From IMG/VR virus record IMGVR_UViG_3300008113_000221, positions 1 to 60,151 of that record: a DNA stretch of 60,151 bases. One strand, written 5' to 3'. How positions within the stretch are numbered: the first letter of the stretch is position 1; the number at the start of each line of letters is the position of its first letter. A program made the position numbers and the translations under genes. Of this stretch, positions 1-7,473 are shown one piece after another. Under the pieces are notes generated by a model. The model saw nothing but the letters and a program-made list of their open reading frames with translations, was not told the origin of the DNA and did not search any database. Source of the DNA: a virus (taxonomy: Duplodnaviria; Caudoviricetes).

Positions 1-1
1 A

Positions 2-193
2 GTTACTGCATCTGTTAAGTCTTATGAGTTAGTTTTTTTCTATCCTTGTGAATACGGCATTGAAACCCTTGACGGCTTATACTCATGGGAGAGCAAAGAC
101 CCAGCAAACAGGCGATTGATAGAAGTGGAAAGCCTTGATGCGGCATACTCCATAATTGACAATAAAAAACTACTAAAGACGTTTGCGGCTTAA
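2..193 (+). CDS. hypothetical early protein, 5'-truncated by the window edge
   Basis: Open frame read by hand from base 2 (VTASVKSYEL...LLKTFAA*), TAA at 191-193. Confidence 0.6.
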   Translation, partial: VTASVKSYELVFFYPCEYGIETLDGLYSWESKDPANRRLIEVESLDAAYSIIDNKKLLKTFAA

Positions 194-221
194 CCAATTT
201 TTAACCAATAAATTTAAACAC

Positions 222-524
222 ATGAACACACAAACATTAACAATTCACGGACTATCTGAAAACATTGCATATTGCGAAGCTCAAGGACTTGCTAATGTCT
301 TTTCGGCTTATGCTGAACATTGTGCAGGGGAAACAATCATGGACGGCGGGGCAGGTTTCAATCCCAATTCGGGATATATTTACATAGCCCTTGAAAATGG
401 CATTCAAATTTGTTCCATGCTTGGTAGAGAGGTTGAATACCTTGTAACAGACTTTGAAGACGGGGAAGAAACTTTCTTCAGTACATACAATGAGGCGGAG
501 GAATTTTTGTGCAAAGAAGCATAA
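222..524 (+). CDS. hypothetical acidic early protein
   Basis: ORF track 183..524; true start probably ATG222 after the shared TAAACAC-ATG motif. Confidence 0.75.
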   Translation: MNTQTLTIHGLSENIAYCEAQGLANVFSAYAEHCAGETIMDGGAGFNPNSGYIYIALENGIQICSMLGREVEYLVTDFEDGEETFFSTYNEAEEFLCKEA

Positions 525-531
525 ACAATAA

Positions 532-558
532 ACGGGCTGAAATATGCCCGTATTTTTT
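532..558 (+). terminator. hairpin plus U-tract (intrinsic terminator-like)
   Basis: ACGGGC-TGAAATAT-GCCCGT-A-TTTTTT, intergenic. Confidence 0.6.
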
Positions 559-577
559 AACCTTAAATTTTAAACAC

Positions 578-799
578 ATGAAACAGATTTTTGCAAAATT
601 CAACAGCAAATGCGCTGAAACTGGTAAAACATTAAAAAAGGGAGATTTGATATTTTACGACTATTCAAGCCGTAAGGCATACCACATAGACAGCCAAGCA
701 GCTAAAGGAGACAATGAAACAGAAAGTACAAAAAACTACATTAATGCCCAAGAGGAGGCGTACTGGGATAATTTAACGGGCGGATATTATTCAAGATAA
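578..799 (+). CDS. hypothetical early protein
   Basis: ORF track; ATG578 after TAAACAC. Confidence 0.75.
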   Translation: MKQIFAKFNSKCAETGKTLKKGDLIFYDYSSRKAYHIDSQAAKGDNETESTKNYINAQEEAYWDNLTGGYYSR

Positions 800-805
800 A
801 AACGA

Positions 806-858
806 GGTTAGCTGATGAGGATTGAATATCCGAAACGGGCATTTTGCCCGTATTAACC
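806..858 (+). ncRNA. type I hammerhead ribozyme
   Basis: Stem I GGTTAG/TTAACC; core CTGATGA 812-818; stem II GGAT-TGAAT-ATCC; GAAA 832-835; stem III CGGGC-ATTTT-GCCCG; cleavage triplet GTA 850-852. Confidence 0.9.
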
Positions 859-871
859 AAACATTTAAAAA

Positions 872-970
872 ATGCAAACGATTAAAACTTTTGCCGTTCC
901 TCTCATTGTCCTTGTTATTGTTTCAGCATGTTTCATCATGCAAGTTTACACAATGGCAATAAACTGGTAA
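872..970 (+). CDS. 32-aa single-transmembrane peptide
   Basis: Read by hand: MQTIKTFAVPLIVLVIVSACFIMQVYTMAINW*; A-rich start context; fills the gap between ribozyme and hairpin. Confidence 0.6.
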   Translation: MQTIKTFAVPLIVLVIVSACFIMQVYTMAINW

Positions 971-977
971 AGAATTA

Positions 978-1002
978 AGGCGGTGAAATTCCGCCTATTT
1001 TT
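978..1002 (+). terminator. hairpin plus U-tract (intrinsic terminator-like)
   Basis: AGGCGG-TGAAATT-CCGCCT-ATTTTT. Confidence 0.6.
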
Positions 1003-1023
1003 CAATCCTTTAACGTAATACAC

Positions 1024-1218
1024 ATGAGAAACATAGAAACAAAATACATATTTTTTAAGACGGAAAATGAAGCTATTAACCACATGATAGACAAAAGCTA
1101 CCAATACATTGACCCGATAAAATTTGAACATGAAATAATTAACAAAAAATGCTATTATTCAAAAACACATAACATAATTTTTATAGTTGATGAACTTGGC
1201 ATATTAACAACTGATTAA
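1024..1218 (+). CDS. hypothetical early protein
   Basis: ORF with ATACAC-ATG start. Confidence 0.7.
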   Translation: MRNIETKYIFFKTENEAINHMIDKSYQYIDPIKFEHEIINKKCYYSKTHNIIFIVDELGILTTD

Positions 1219-1261
1219 CAAGTCATTGTGAGCTATTTAACATTTCAGCACATAATTTTAC
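1204..1261 (+). promoter_or_regulatory. early promoter P1 with phased TTAACA boxes
   Basis: TTAACA at 1204, 1215, 1237; TTGTGA at 1226; TAATTTTAC at 1253 (variant of the Bacteroidota -7 element TAnnTTTG). Confidence 0.7.
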
Positions 1262-1294
1262 ATTACAATTTTAAACACACAAAAAACCAAACAC

Positions 1295-1585
1295 ATGGAA
1301 CAGATTAAAACTATTGACATTAACGCAAAAGAGTGGTTTGACAAGGTGAACGGGAATAGCTATTTTTCAGCCGAAATAGTTACAAATTATGGCATGGATG
1401 ATGCTAAAATGTATGTGCTACCTTTTCAATATGGCTACGATGACCACTACAAACACATGGCAGCAAAAGAATTATTTGAACAAGGCATAATATCAACAGA
1501 GAAATTTTGGGAACTAAGAGAGCAGGGAATAATAGTGAGAGCCAACATACAGCATAATTGCAAAAAAAGGGAACTGATACATTAA
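1295..1585 (+). CDS. hypothetical early protein
   Basis: ORF with AAACAC-ATG start. Confidence 0.8.
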   Translation: MEQIKTIDINAKEWFDKVNGNSYFSAEIVTNYGMDDAKMYVLPFQYGYDDHYKHMAAKELFEQGIISTEKFWELREQGIIVRANIQHNCKKRELIH

Positions 1586-1639
1586 CAGCTGATTAACAAT
1601 GTATTGTGAGTTCTTTAACATCTTACAAATTACCTTTAC
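1582..1639 (+). promoter_or_regulatory. early promoter P2 with phased TTAACA boxes
   Basis: TTAACA at 1582, 1593, 1615; TTGTGA at 1604; TACCTTTAC at 1631; spacing identical to P1. Confidence 0.7.
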
Positions 1640-1662
1640 TTCATAATCAAAAACACAAACAC

Positions 1663-1830
1663 ATGAGCAAAGAAACACTAAAGGAAGCAATTGAAACCTA
1701 CGGAAAAGAAATCGTATCGGAAGTAATACAGATAGTTGAACTTGCCGACACAGACGGGGCATGGGCAACATTCCAAGACATGGGCATGGAGGAACATGCC
1801 GAAATAGTTGAAATGCTATATTTTAACTAA
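1663..1830 (+). CDS. hypothetical acidic early protein
   Basis: ATG1663 after AAACAC, in the frame of track ORF 1606..1830. Confidence 0.7.
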   Translation: MSKETLKEAIETYGKEIVSEVIQIVELADTDGAWATFQDMGMEEHAEIVEMLYFN

Positions 1831-1835
1831 CCCGA

Positions 1836-1871
1836 ACGGGAACGGGAAACCCATAAACCCGTATTTTTTTT
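1836..1871 (+). terminator. branched hairpin plus U-tract
   Basis: ACGGG...CCCGT enclosing GGG-AAA-CCC, followed by A and a T run. Confidence 0.5.
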
Positions 1872-1892
1872 AACCAAACAAATAAAATACAC

Positions 1893-2339
1893 ATGAATCA
1901 AATTATACCTGAATTTGAAATAAAGCTAAAGATTAAAGGAAAGAAATCGGAACTGAAACAAATTAGAGGTTCAGAAGATGCAGCCGAGATATGCCGCATG
2001 TGTTTTGATGAAGGAAAAATAAATTGGATTGAAGAATTTATCGTAATAGGACTGAATAGAGCAAATAAGGTACAAGGTTTCTATAAAGTAAGTTCGGGAG
2101 GAGTTACGGGAACAGTTGCCGACCCAAGAATCGTTTTTCAATTTGCACTATTAAGCAATGCAACAAGCATAATAATAGCACACAACCATCCAAGTGGTAA
2201 CCTAAAGCCCTCTGACGCTGATATAACCCTAACCAAGAAAATGAAACAATCGGGAGAAGCATTGGATATCAAACTACTTGACCATATCATAGTAACAGAC
2301 GAAGGTTACACATCATTGTCAGACGAAGGAGTTATCTAA
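1893..2339 (+). CDS. radC: RadC-like JAB/MPN domain protein
   Basis: EEFIVIGLN, SSGGVTGTVADPR, AHNHPSGNLKPSDAD and IKLLDHIIV motifs. Confidence 0.9.
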   Translation: MNQIIPEFEIKLKIKGKKSELKQIRGSEDAAEICRMCFDEGKINWIEEFIVIGLNRANKVQGFYKVSSGGVTGTVADPRIVFQFALLSNATSIIIAHNHPSGNLKPSDADITLTKKMKQSGEALDIKLLDHIIVTDEGYTSLSDEGVI

Positions 2340-2368
2340 ACAACATAAAACACAATAAAACTAAACAC

Positions 2369-2554
2369 ATGAAACATTTACACACAAAATTTAATGAAGT
2401 TATCGTATCGTACAAGTTAGACCCATTTACAGAACTTGAATATAGTTCAATCACTGAAATGTTCCACAACATGACAGAGAATGATGTTATCAACCTTGCC
2501 CATGACTACGCAAAGGAGTTGATAGTTTTTGACTACGAAACAATGTATGTTTAA
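2369..2554 (+). CDS. hypothetical early protein
   Basis: ORF with TAAACAC-ATG start. Confidence 0.7.
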   Translation: MKHLHTKFNEVIVSYKLDPFTELEYSSITEMFHNMTENDVINLAHDYAKELIVFDYETMYV

Positions 2555-2597
2555 CAACCCATTAACAACAAGTAATTAATCTGACAACTATTTTTAC
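2551..2597 (+). promoter_or_regulatory. early promoter P3
   Basis: TTAACA at 2551 and 2562; TATTTTTAC at 2589; same helical phase as P1 and P2. Confidence 0.65.
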
Positions 2598-2615
2598 ATT
2601 CTAAACAAAAAACAT

Positions 2616-2762
2616 ATGGAAAGTATAATTTTTCAGAACAAATGGTGCAAAATAGTGCAAATAGACACATACTATGTGCTGAAATCAAAATCAGACAAGT
2701 ATAATGACCAGTATTTTTTAACCTTATCAGATGCCTATAAAAATATAGGAATAAGATACTAA
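2616..2762 (+). CDS. hypothetical 48-aa early protein
   Basis: Read by hand: MESIIFQNKW...NIGIRY*. Confidence 0.55.
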   Translation: MESIIFQNKWCKIVQIDTYYVLKSKSDKYNDQYFLTLSDAYKNIGIRY

Positions 2763-2774
2763 AACACACATACC

Positions 2775-3371
2775 ATGAGAACAATAGAAACACAACTATT
2801 CAAATTCAGCGAATTGTCAGATGATGCTAAGAAATTAGCAATAGAGCAATACAGAGAAAGGGAATACTTTGATGACTGGGGAATTAGATGGGTAATAGAT
2901 GATTGCTACCTATTTGAACCTAAATATGAGGAATTGCATAAGCTATTTGGCAAGGAATATGATGACAGACAAAAACCGATTATAGGAAATACAAGGAAAG
3001 TTTATTTTGATACAGACAGAAATTCACATCTTGATGCTGATGAAGGTATTATCATAAACGATGAAAGGATGTTTCTAATATGGTTAGGAATACCAGAAAG
3101 TATGCACGAATTTGTTTATTTCACAATAAGAGACAAAGGTGGAAGATATACCGATACTATCATAGAATTTGAACCCAATGACTGGGAGCATGAATTTTCA
3201 GATGAAGAAAATAAAATACTTGAGGATGCTGCCGATAAATTTTCAGACCACATGGATAACGTGCTGAACAATATAAAGAAAAGTCTTGAAGACTATTATT
3301 CAGACGAAAATTTAATGGAACAACTTGACGTAAATGAATATGAATACCACGAAGATGGTACAAGATATTGA
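2775..3371 (+). CDS. hypothetical acidic early protein
   Basis: 198-aa ORF, rich in D/E and aromatic residues. Confidence 0.8.
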   Translation: MRTIETQLFKFSELSDDAKKLAIEQYREREYFDDWGIRWVIDDCYLFEPKYEELHKLFGKEYDDRQKPIIGNTRKVYFDTDRNSHLDADEGIIINDERMFLIWLGIPESMHEFVYFTIRDKGGRYTDTIIEFEPNDWEHEFSDEENKILEDAADKFSDHMDNVLNNIKKSLEDYYSDENLMEQLDVNEYEYHEDGTRY

Positions 3372-3393
3372 TAACCAATAAAATATAAAACAC

Positions 3394-3753
3394 ATGACAC
3401 AATCATTTTACAATCGCTACAATGACCTAAGAGATGAGGTTAAGAATGAAATTATTGACTACATCAACAAACATGAATGCGGAGATATTCATAATTCAGA
3501 AGAAGAATTCTATGACCTACCAAGAACATTTTATGTAGATAAATATGGGCATTACAATGAATATGCCATACTTGGGGCAAGAATAGAATGTGATAGGCTG
3601 ATATTTGACGGATTCGGGTTGGGAAATAATTATGGACACGACATGGCATTTTATGAATATGAACTAAACCTACCGACAATGATTGAAATACTTGATGAGC
3701 TATACAAGATACCAATTAACCCTAAATTAATTAACACACAAGTACAAAATTAA
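3394..3753 (+). CDS. hypothetical early protein
   Basis: ORF with AAACAC-ATG start. Confidence 0.75.
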   Translation: MTQSFYNRYNDLRDEVKNEIIDYINKHECGDIHNSEEEFYDLPRTFYVDKYGHYNEYAILGARIECDRLIFDGFGLGNNYGHDMAFYEYELNLPTMIEILDELYKIPINPKLINTQVQN

Positions 3754-3765
3754 AAACATATTAAA

Positions 3766-3927
3766 ATGATTAAAGAAACGCAATTAGACAACCTTAGGGC
3801 AATGATATACAACTTGCTTATATCTAACCCAGAAATGGGATTAGGGGATATGCCGCAATGCAGTGATGCAGCCAATATATTAGTAGATGAATGGATTGAA
3901 CTAAACAATATAAAAATACAACTATGA
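3766..3927 (+). CDS. hypothetical 53-aa early protein
   Basis: Read by hand: MIKETQLDNL...NIKIQL*; ATGA overlap with the next gene. Confidence 0.6.
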   Translation: MIKETQLDNLRAMIYNLLISNPEMGLGDMPQCSDAANILVDEWIELNNIKIQL

Positions 3928-4172
3928 AACAATTTACAGACACAGACATTATCAATGAGCTGAAAAGCAGAGGATATAATACCAGCCTATTGTTCAACCT
4001 ATATGATGTTGAATTTGCCGTTAAGCAATACGAAGAAGATGCAGGTAGCCCAATAGACATGGATGATACAGACATGGCTAACATACTGGATGAAATTAAC
4101 TACGAATGGTACACTGAACAGATTAACCAAGACATATACCAAGCAGTATCTGACTACGTTAAATACTATTAA
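3924..4172 (+). CDS. hypothetical acidic early protein
   Basis: ORF track. Confidence 0.7.
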   Translation: MKQFTDTDIINELKSRGYNTSLLFNLYDVEFAVKQYEEDAGSPIDMDDTDMANILDEINYEWYTEQINQDIYQAVSDYVKYY

Positions 4173-4215
4173 CAACCCTTTAACAACATTCAATAACACA
4201 CATTAATAACTTTAC
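4169..4215 (+). promoter_or_regulatory. early promoter P4
   Basis: TTAACA at 4169 and 4180; TAACTTTAC at 4207; shares TTAACAACCCnTTAACAACA with P3. Confidence 0.65.
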
Positions 4216-4228
4216 AAAAAACACACAC

Positions 4229-4531
4229 ATGAAAACTTACACATTCAACATTGACAGAAAATGTACTATCTGGTATAGGGAATATCATGAAGTACAAGCA
4301 AGTAGCAAAGAAGAAGCTGAAAAGATTATGATTGAGAATTTCACTGACGGAACAACAGATGAAACTTTTTCGTATCAAGAAGCCCTATATGACACCCTTG
4401 AAGATATGTTCCCAGAAGATAATGGCGGACACTCTACGTTTGAGCTGGTGGATGAAGATGGCGATAGTATTGCAGACAACACAATGATAGTATCAAATAA
4501 TTCTATAACAATAAAAAACACACAACAATGA
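4229..4531 (+). CDS. hypothetical highly acidic early protein
   Basis: ORF with ACACAC-ATG start. Confidence 0.75.
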   Translation: MKTYTFNIDRKCTIWYREYHEVQASSKEEAEKIMIENFTDGTTDETFSYQEALYDTLEDMFPEDNGGHSTFELVDEDGDSIADNTMIVSNNSITIKNTQQ

Positions 4532-4737
4532 AACTTTGGATTGAAAAACGAAATGAATTTAACAAGTATTCTAAGAAGTTCCAAGCAGAATACTTCATCA
4601 TGATGCAAGAGGAAACTAATTTACCCACCTTGTTATTCATATCCGATAGCCTTGACGATGCTGAATATATGTTCGGCAAGATAGCAGAAGAAATTAAACC
4701 AGCAGAAAAAGAAATCATTAAAGAAATAACACTATGA
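4528..4737 (+). CDS. hypothetical protein
   Basis: ATGA-coupled ORF. Confidence 0.7.
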   Translation: MKLWIEKRNEFNKYSKKFQAEYFIMMQEETNLPTLLFISDSLDDAEYMFGKIAEEIKPAEKEIIKEITL

Positions 4738-4931
4738 ACGCACACGCACTATTAAACTACTTGCTCATGCTTAAGAAGAATGGGCAAGACCTTAGCCGAA
4801 TATCCGTAAATTTCAGAATTGACTATGATTCTGACGTAATACCAGTGAACTTCGCCGAAGAAGATTTGTATGACGCTGAAACCAATAGCATACTTGAATC
4901 AATTTGCTTACTTAATAACATAAATCAATAA
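4734..4931 (+). CDS. hypothetical protein
   Basis: ATGA-coupled ORF. Confidence 0.7.
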   Translation: MNAHALLNYLLMLKKNGQDLSRISVNFRIDYDSDVIPVNFAEEDLYDAETNSILESICLLNNINQ

Positions 4932-4935
4932 AATA

Positions 4936-5280
4936 ATGAGAAAATTTAACTTAGACGCAGCCCTTAAGGGAGTTCCAGTCGCTACTAAGGATGGACATGA
5001 GGTACATATTATAGACGCTAAAGAAACTTCTAATGGCACAACTATCGTTGGCTGGATTGGAGACATAATAGCCACATGGGAGAGAGATGGAAGGCACAGA
5101 AAAGGTAGCGATAGCGACCTTGACCTATTCCTTGCAGGAAAAGATGACTATTACATTAACATCTATAAAGATGATGAAGGGGTATGGGCAGCTGAACACA
5201 TGTACGAAACACGTGAAATGGCAGTAACTATGGGAGAAGATACGCCATACTTTTATGACACTATAAAAATTGAGCTATGA
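4936..5280 (+). CDS. hypothetical phage protein (FNLDAALKG-PV-TKDG type)
   Basis: ORF track; N-terminal motif of a kind common in small phage proteins. Confidence 0.75.
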   Translation: MRKFNLDAALKGVPVATKDGHEVHIIDAKETSNGTTIVGWIGDIIATWERDGRHRKGSDSDLDLFLAGKDDYYINIYKDDEGVWAAEHMYETREMAVTMGEDTPYFYDTIKIEL

Positions 5281-5501
5281 AAACAGGCAGCCAGATAATA
5301 GCAGACGGAGATAGGGTAAACATTACCGCCCACTACCAGTACACTCTGGGCATGAATGAAATACTACCACACGTTCAAGAGGTCAGCATAAGGCTAACAG
5401 ATTTATATGTAGAATTTGAAAATGGCACACATATAAAGCTATTGACTAAGCTAACCAAGAGCCAAGAAGATTTGATTATCAAGTCAATACAAATTGACTG
5501 A
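5277..5501 (+). CDS. hypothetical protein
   Basis: ATGA-coupled ORF. Confidence 0.65.
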   Translation: MKTGSQIIADGDRVNITAHYQYTLGMNEILPHVQEVSIRLTDLYVEFENGTHIKLLTKLTKSQEDLIIKSIQID

Positions 5502-5567
5502 AAAAATATCTATAATTTATTTTTTTAATTATTCACAAGTGTATAACTTGCACACAAACCAAACACA

Positions 5568-5774
5568 ATGACAGCACAAAACACGCTGAAAGCCTTGTAC
5601 GCCTTTACTTCAGACCAGTATGAGAATTTGAAGAAGGACTACAACAAGCTACCGAAACAAGAGAAGTCCAGACTGCCCTTCACACTATTTATCATCGGAG
5701 TATTTGCAAACCTTATTGAAGACGCAAACAAAAAACAACATGATAAACCTACTGAAGAAAAGAAAGTGGATTAA
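5568..5774 (+). CDS. hypothetical protein
   Basis: ORF with AAACACA-ATG start. Confidence 0.7.
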   Translation: MTAQNTLKALYAFTSDQYENLKKDYNKLPKQEKSRLPFTLFIIGVFANLIEDANKKQHDKPTEEKKVD

Positions 5775-5913
5775 AACCTACGATTTCACATCAGAAGATG
5801 GGGCATACAGACACGAGATACTAAGATGCGAATCATCTGGGATGCTGAAACACATTAAGACACACAGAAACATTAAACACACTAAAATTATCAAACCATG
5901 CAAAACAAAATAA
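5740..5913 (+). CDS. hypothetical basic protein
   Basis: ATG5740 in the frame of track ORF 5704..5913. Confidence 0.5.
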   Translation: MINLLKKRKWIKTYDFTSEDGAYRHEILRCESSGMLKHIKTHRNIKHTKIIKPCKTK

Positions 5914-6104
5914 GTTCATTCGCCAAGATGGATGAAGCAGAAAGGATGCTATACGTCGCAAGATTACACCACGCAATATGGCATGACGAGTCAGTATATA
6001 GGGCAGTTGATATGCTGATAAGTAGAAGTGAGGAGAGAGTTCCAGAAGCCATATACTTTCCTAATGGAGAGCAGATTGATAACCTTACAAACGAAGCAAT
6101 ATGA
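5898..6104 (+). CDS. hypothetical protein
   Basis: ORF track. Confidence 0.7.
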   Translation: MQNKISSFAKMDEAERMLYVARLHHAIWHDESVYRAVDMLISRSEERVPEAIYFPNGEQIDNLTNEAI

Positions 6105-6298
6105 CAGCAATGCAGGAGCTTATACAAGGATTAGACCCGATACATTCAGCAGTGAACGACAAGGCTAATGAGCTTGTTACTAAAGAAAGGCAGCAGCTAT
6201 TTGACGCCATGATGTATGCCTTAGATGAAGATGGGCACAATGGTGAATGGAAGCTAAAGTTTATCAATAACTACTTAGACAATTTATATAACAAATAA
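6101..6298 (+). CDS. small protein (MTAMQEL...KERQQ type)
   Basis: ATGA-coupled ORF; loosely related to the 6676 and 6945 genes. Confidence 0.7.
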   Translation: MTAMQELIQGLDPIHSAVNDKANELVTKERQQLFDAMMYALDEDGHNGEWKLKFINNYLDNLYNK

Positions 6299-6308
6299 AA
6301 CTAAACAC

Positions 6309-6473
6309 ATGGAACAGGTACAAGACATCGTTATCAGATATGTTCAAGATTATTTAGCTGACAGGTTGAAAGACGTATTAACTTACCCAGAGATAGGACA
6401 GATTAACGAAGATGTAGAGATGAAGATACTGGCAGCTTTCTACGAAAGAGGTATTACTTCGCCCATAAAATAA
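6309..6473 (+). CDS. hypothetical 54-aa protein
   Basis: Read by hand: MEQVQDIVIR...ITSPIK*; TAAACAC-ATG start. Confidence 0.65.
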   Translation: MEQVQDIVIRYVQDYLADRLKDVLTYPEIGQINEDVEMKILAAFYERGITSPIK

Positions 6474-6478
6474 CAGAT

Positions 6479-6673
6479 ATGAAAATAACAATTGAATCAA
6501 ACGGAACAATAGTAACAATAGATGAAGATGTAACAACTATATATGAATTATTAGACGTGTACAGAAGATGTGCAATAGCTTTAACATATCATGAAGATAG
6601 TTGGGAAGAAGCGATACTTGATGAGGCTGATGAGATTAATAATGTTCGCAGTTCCCAAACAACAAACAAATAA
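6479..6673 (+). CDS. hypothetical protein
   Basis: ORF track. Confidence 0.7.
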   Translation: MKITIESNGTIVTIDEDVTTIYELLDVYRRCAIALTYHEDSWEEAILDEADEINNVRSSQTTNK

Positions 6674-6675
6674 CT

Positions 6676-6942
6676 ATGGCACAACAAACAGCAGTAGACT
6701 ATCTTTTTGAAAAATTATTCTATACTCCAAAAGACAAATTTGAATGCTATGCTATATTGGAACAATCCAAACAAATGGAGAAGGAGCAGCGTATTAAAGA
6801 CTACAATGTTGGCTATACAGATGCTCAATGTAATCATATAAATGATGCAGAAAACTATGTCAATGAACAAGAATATTTAAATGACGACCCAGAAATAAAA
6901 GGATGGACTATTGGACCATTTGGTACACCTGAAAAATTATAA
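6676..6942 (+). CDS. QTAV...KQMEKEQ family small protein (paralog 1)
   Basis: Shares QQTAV[DE][YW]L and QxKQMEKxQ with the 6945 gene. Confidence 0.75.
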   Translation: MAQQTAVDYLFEKLFYTPKDKFECYAILEQSKQMEKEQRIKDYNVGYTDAQCNHINDAENYVNEQEYLNDDPEIKGWTIGPFGTPEKL

Positions 6943-6944
6943 CT

Positions 6945-7133
6945 ATGAAACAACAAACGGCAGTAGAATGGTTGGAATATAAATTATTAACTGAAGGATT
7001 AGATGATGAATTTATAAAACAAGCCAAACAAATGGAGAAGCTTCAAATAACAAAAGCATATAGCGAAGGTCTATTTAGCGAAGCGCAATGGAGAGATGCA
7101 GAACAATACTATAACGAAACATATAATAAATAA
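6945..7133 (+). CDS. QTAV...KQMEKEQ family small protein (paralog 2)
   Basis: QQTAVEWL...QAKQMEKLQI...AEQYYNETY. Confidence 0.75.
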   Translation: MKQQTAVEWLEYKLLTEGLDDEFIKQAKQMEKLQITKAYSEGLFSEAQWRDAEQYYNETYNK

Positions 7134-7135
7134 CC

Positions 7136-7339
7136 ATGCCAGACATAACAAAATGCAAAGGTACTGATTGCCCACTCAAAGAACAATGCTACCGATACAC
7201 TGCAAAGGATGACGAGTATCAAGCGTTCTTGGTTGAAGTACCATATAAAGATGGGAAGTGCGAAATGTTTTGGGGTGATAATCAGGAGCAAATACTTATG
7301 AATTTACAAGATATAATTAATAGAAAAAATTTTACATAA
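7136..7339 (+). CDS. small Cys-rich (putative metal-binding) protein
   Basis: DITKCKGTDCPLKEQCYRY...CEMFW. Confidence 0.75.
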   Translation: MPDITKCKGTDCPLKEQCYRYTAKDDEYQAFLVEVPYKDGKCEMFWGDNQEQILMNLQDIINRKNFT

Positions 7340-7344
7340 TCGGT

Positions 7345-7473
7345 AATATAATGCACTTTAATTCGGATTTTGTCCGATTTATGACACATTATTTAATAAA
7401 ATGAGCAATATAATGCACAATAAAGTGCATGAAAAATGCACAATAAGGCATGAAAAAAAGGAAAAATTCATGC
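7345..7473. repeat. non-coding array of short inverted and direct repeats
   Basis: AATATAATGCAC twice (7345, 7407); TCGGA-N5-TCCGA; ATGCAC-N6-GTGCAT; GTGCAT-N5-ATGCAC; GCATGAA-N12-TTCATGC. Confidence 0.7.

Noticed and set aside
183-221. Upstream TTG or GTG extensions of early ORFs (183, 509, 1606)
   Set aside because: They run through hairpins or promoters; downstream ACAC-ATG starts fit the shared motif.
978-996. GGCGGTGAAATTCCGCC resembles the FMN-riboswitch T-loop arm
   Set aside because: Only an isolated hairpin; the rest of the aptamer is absent.
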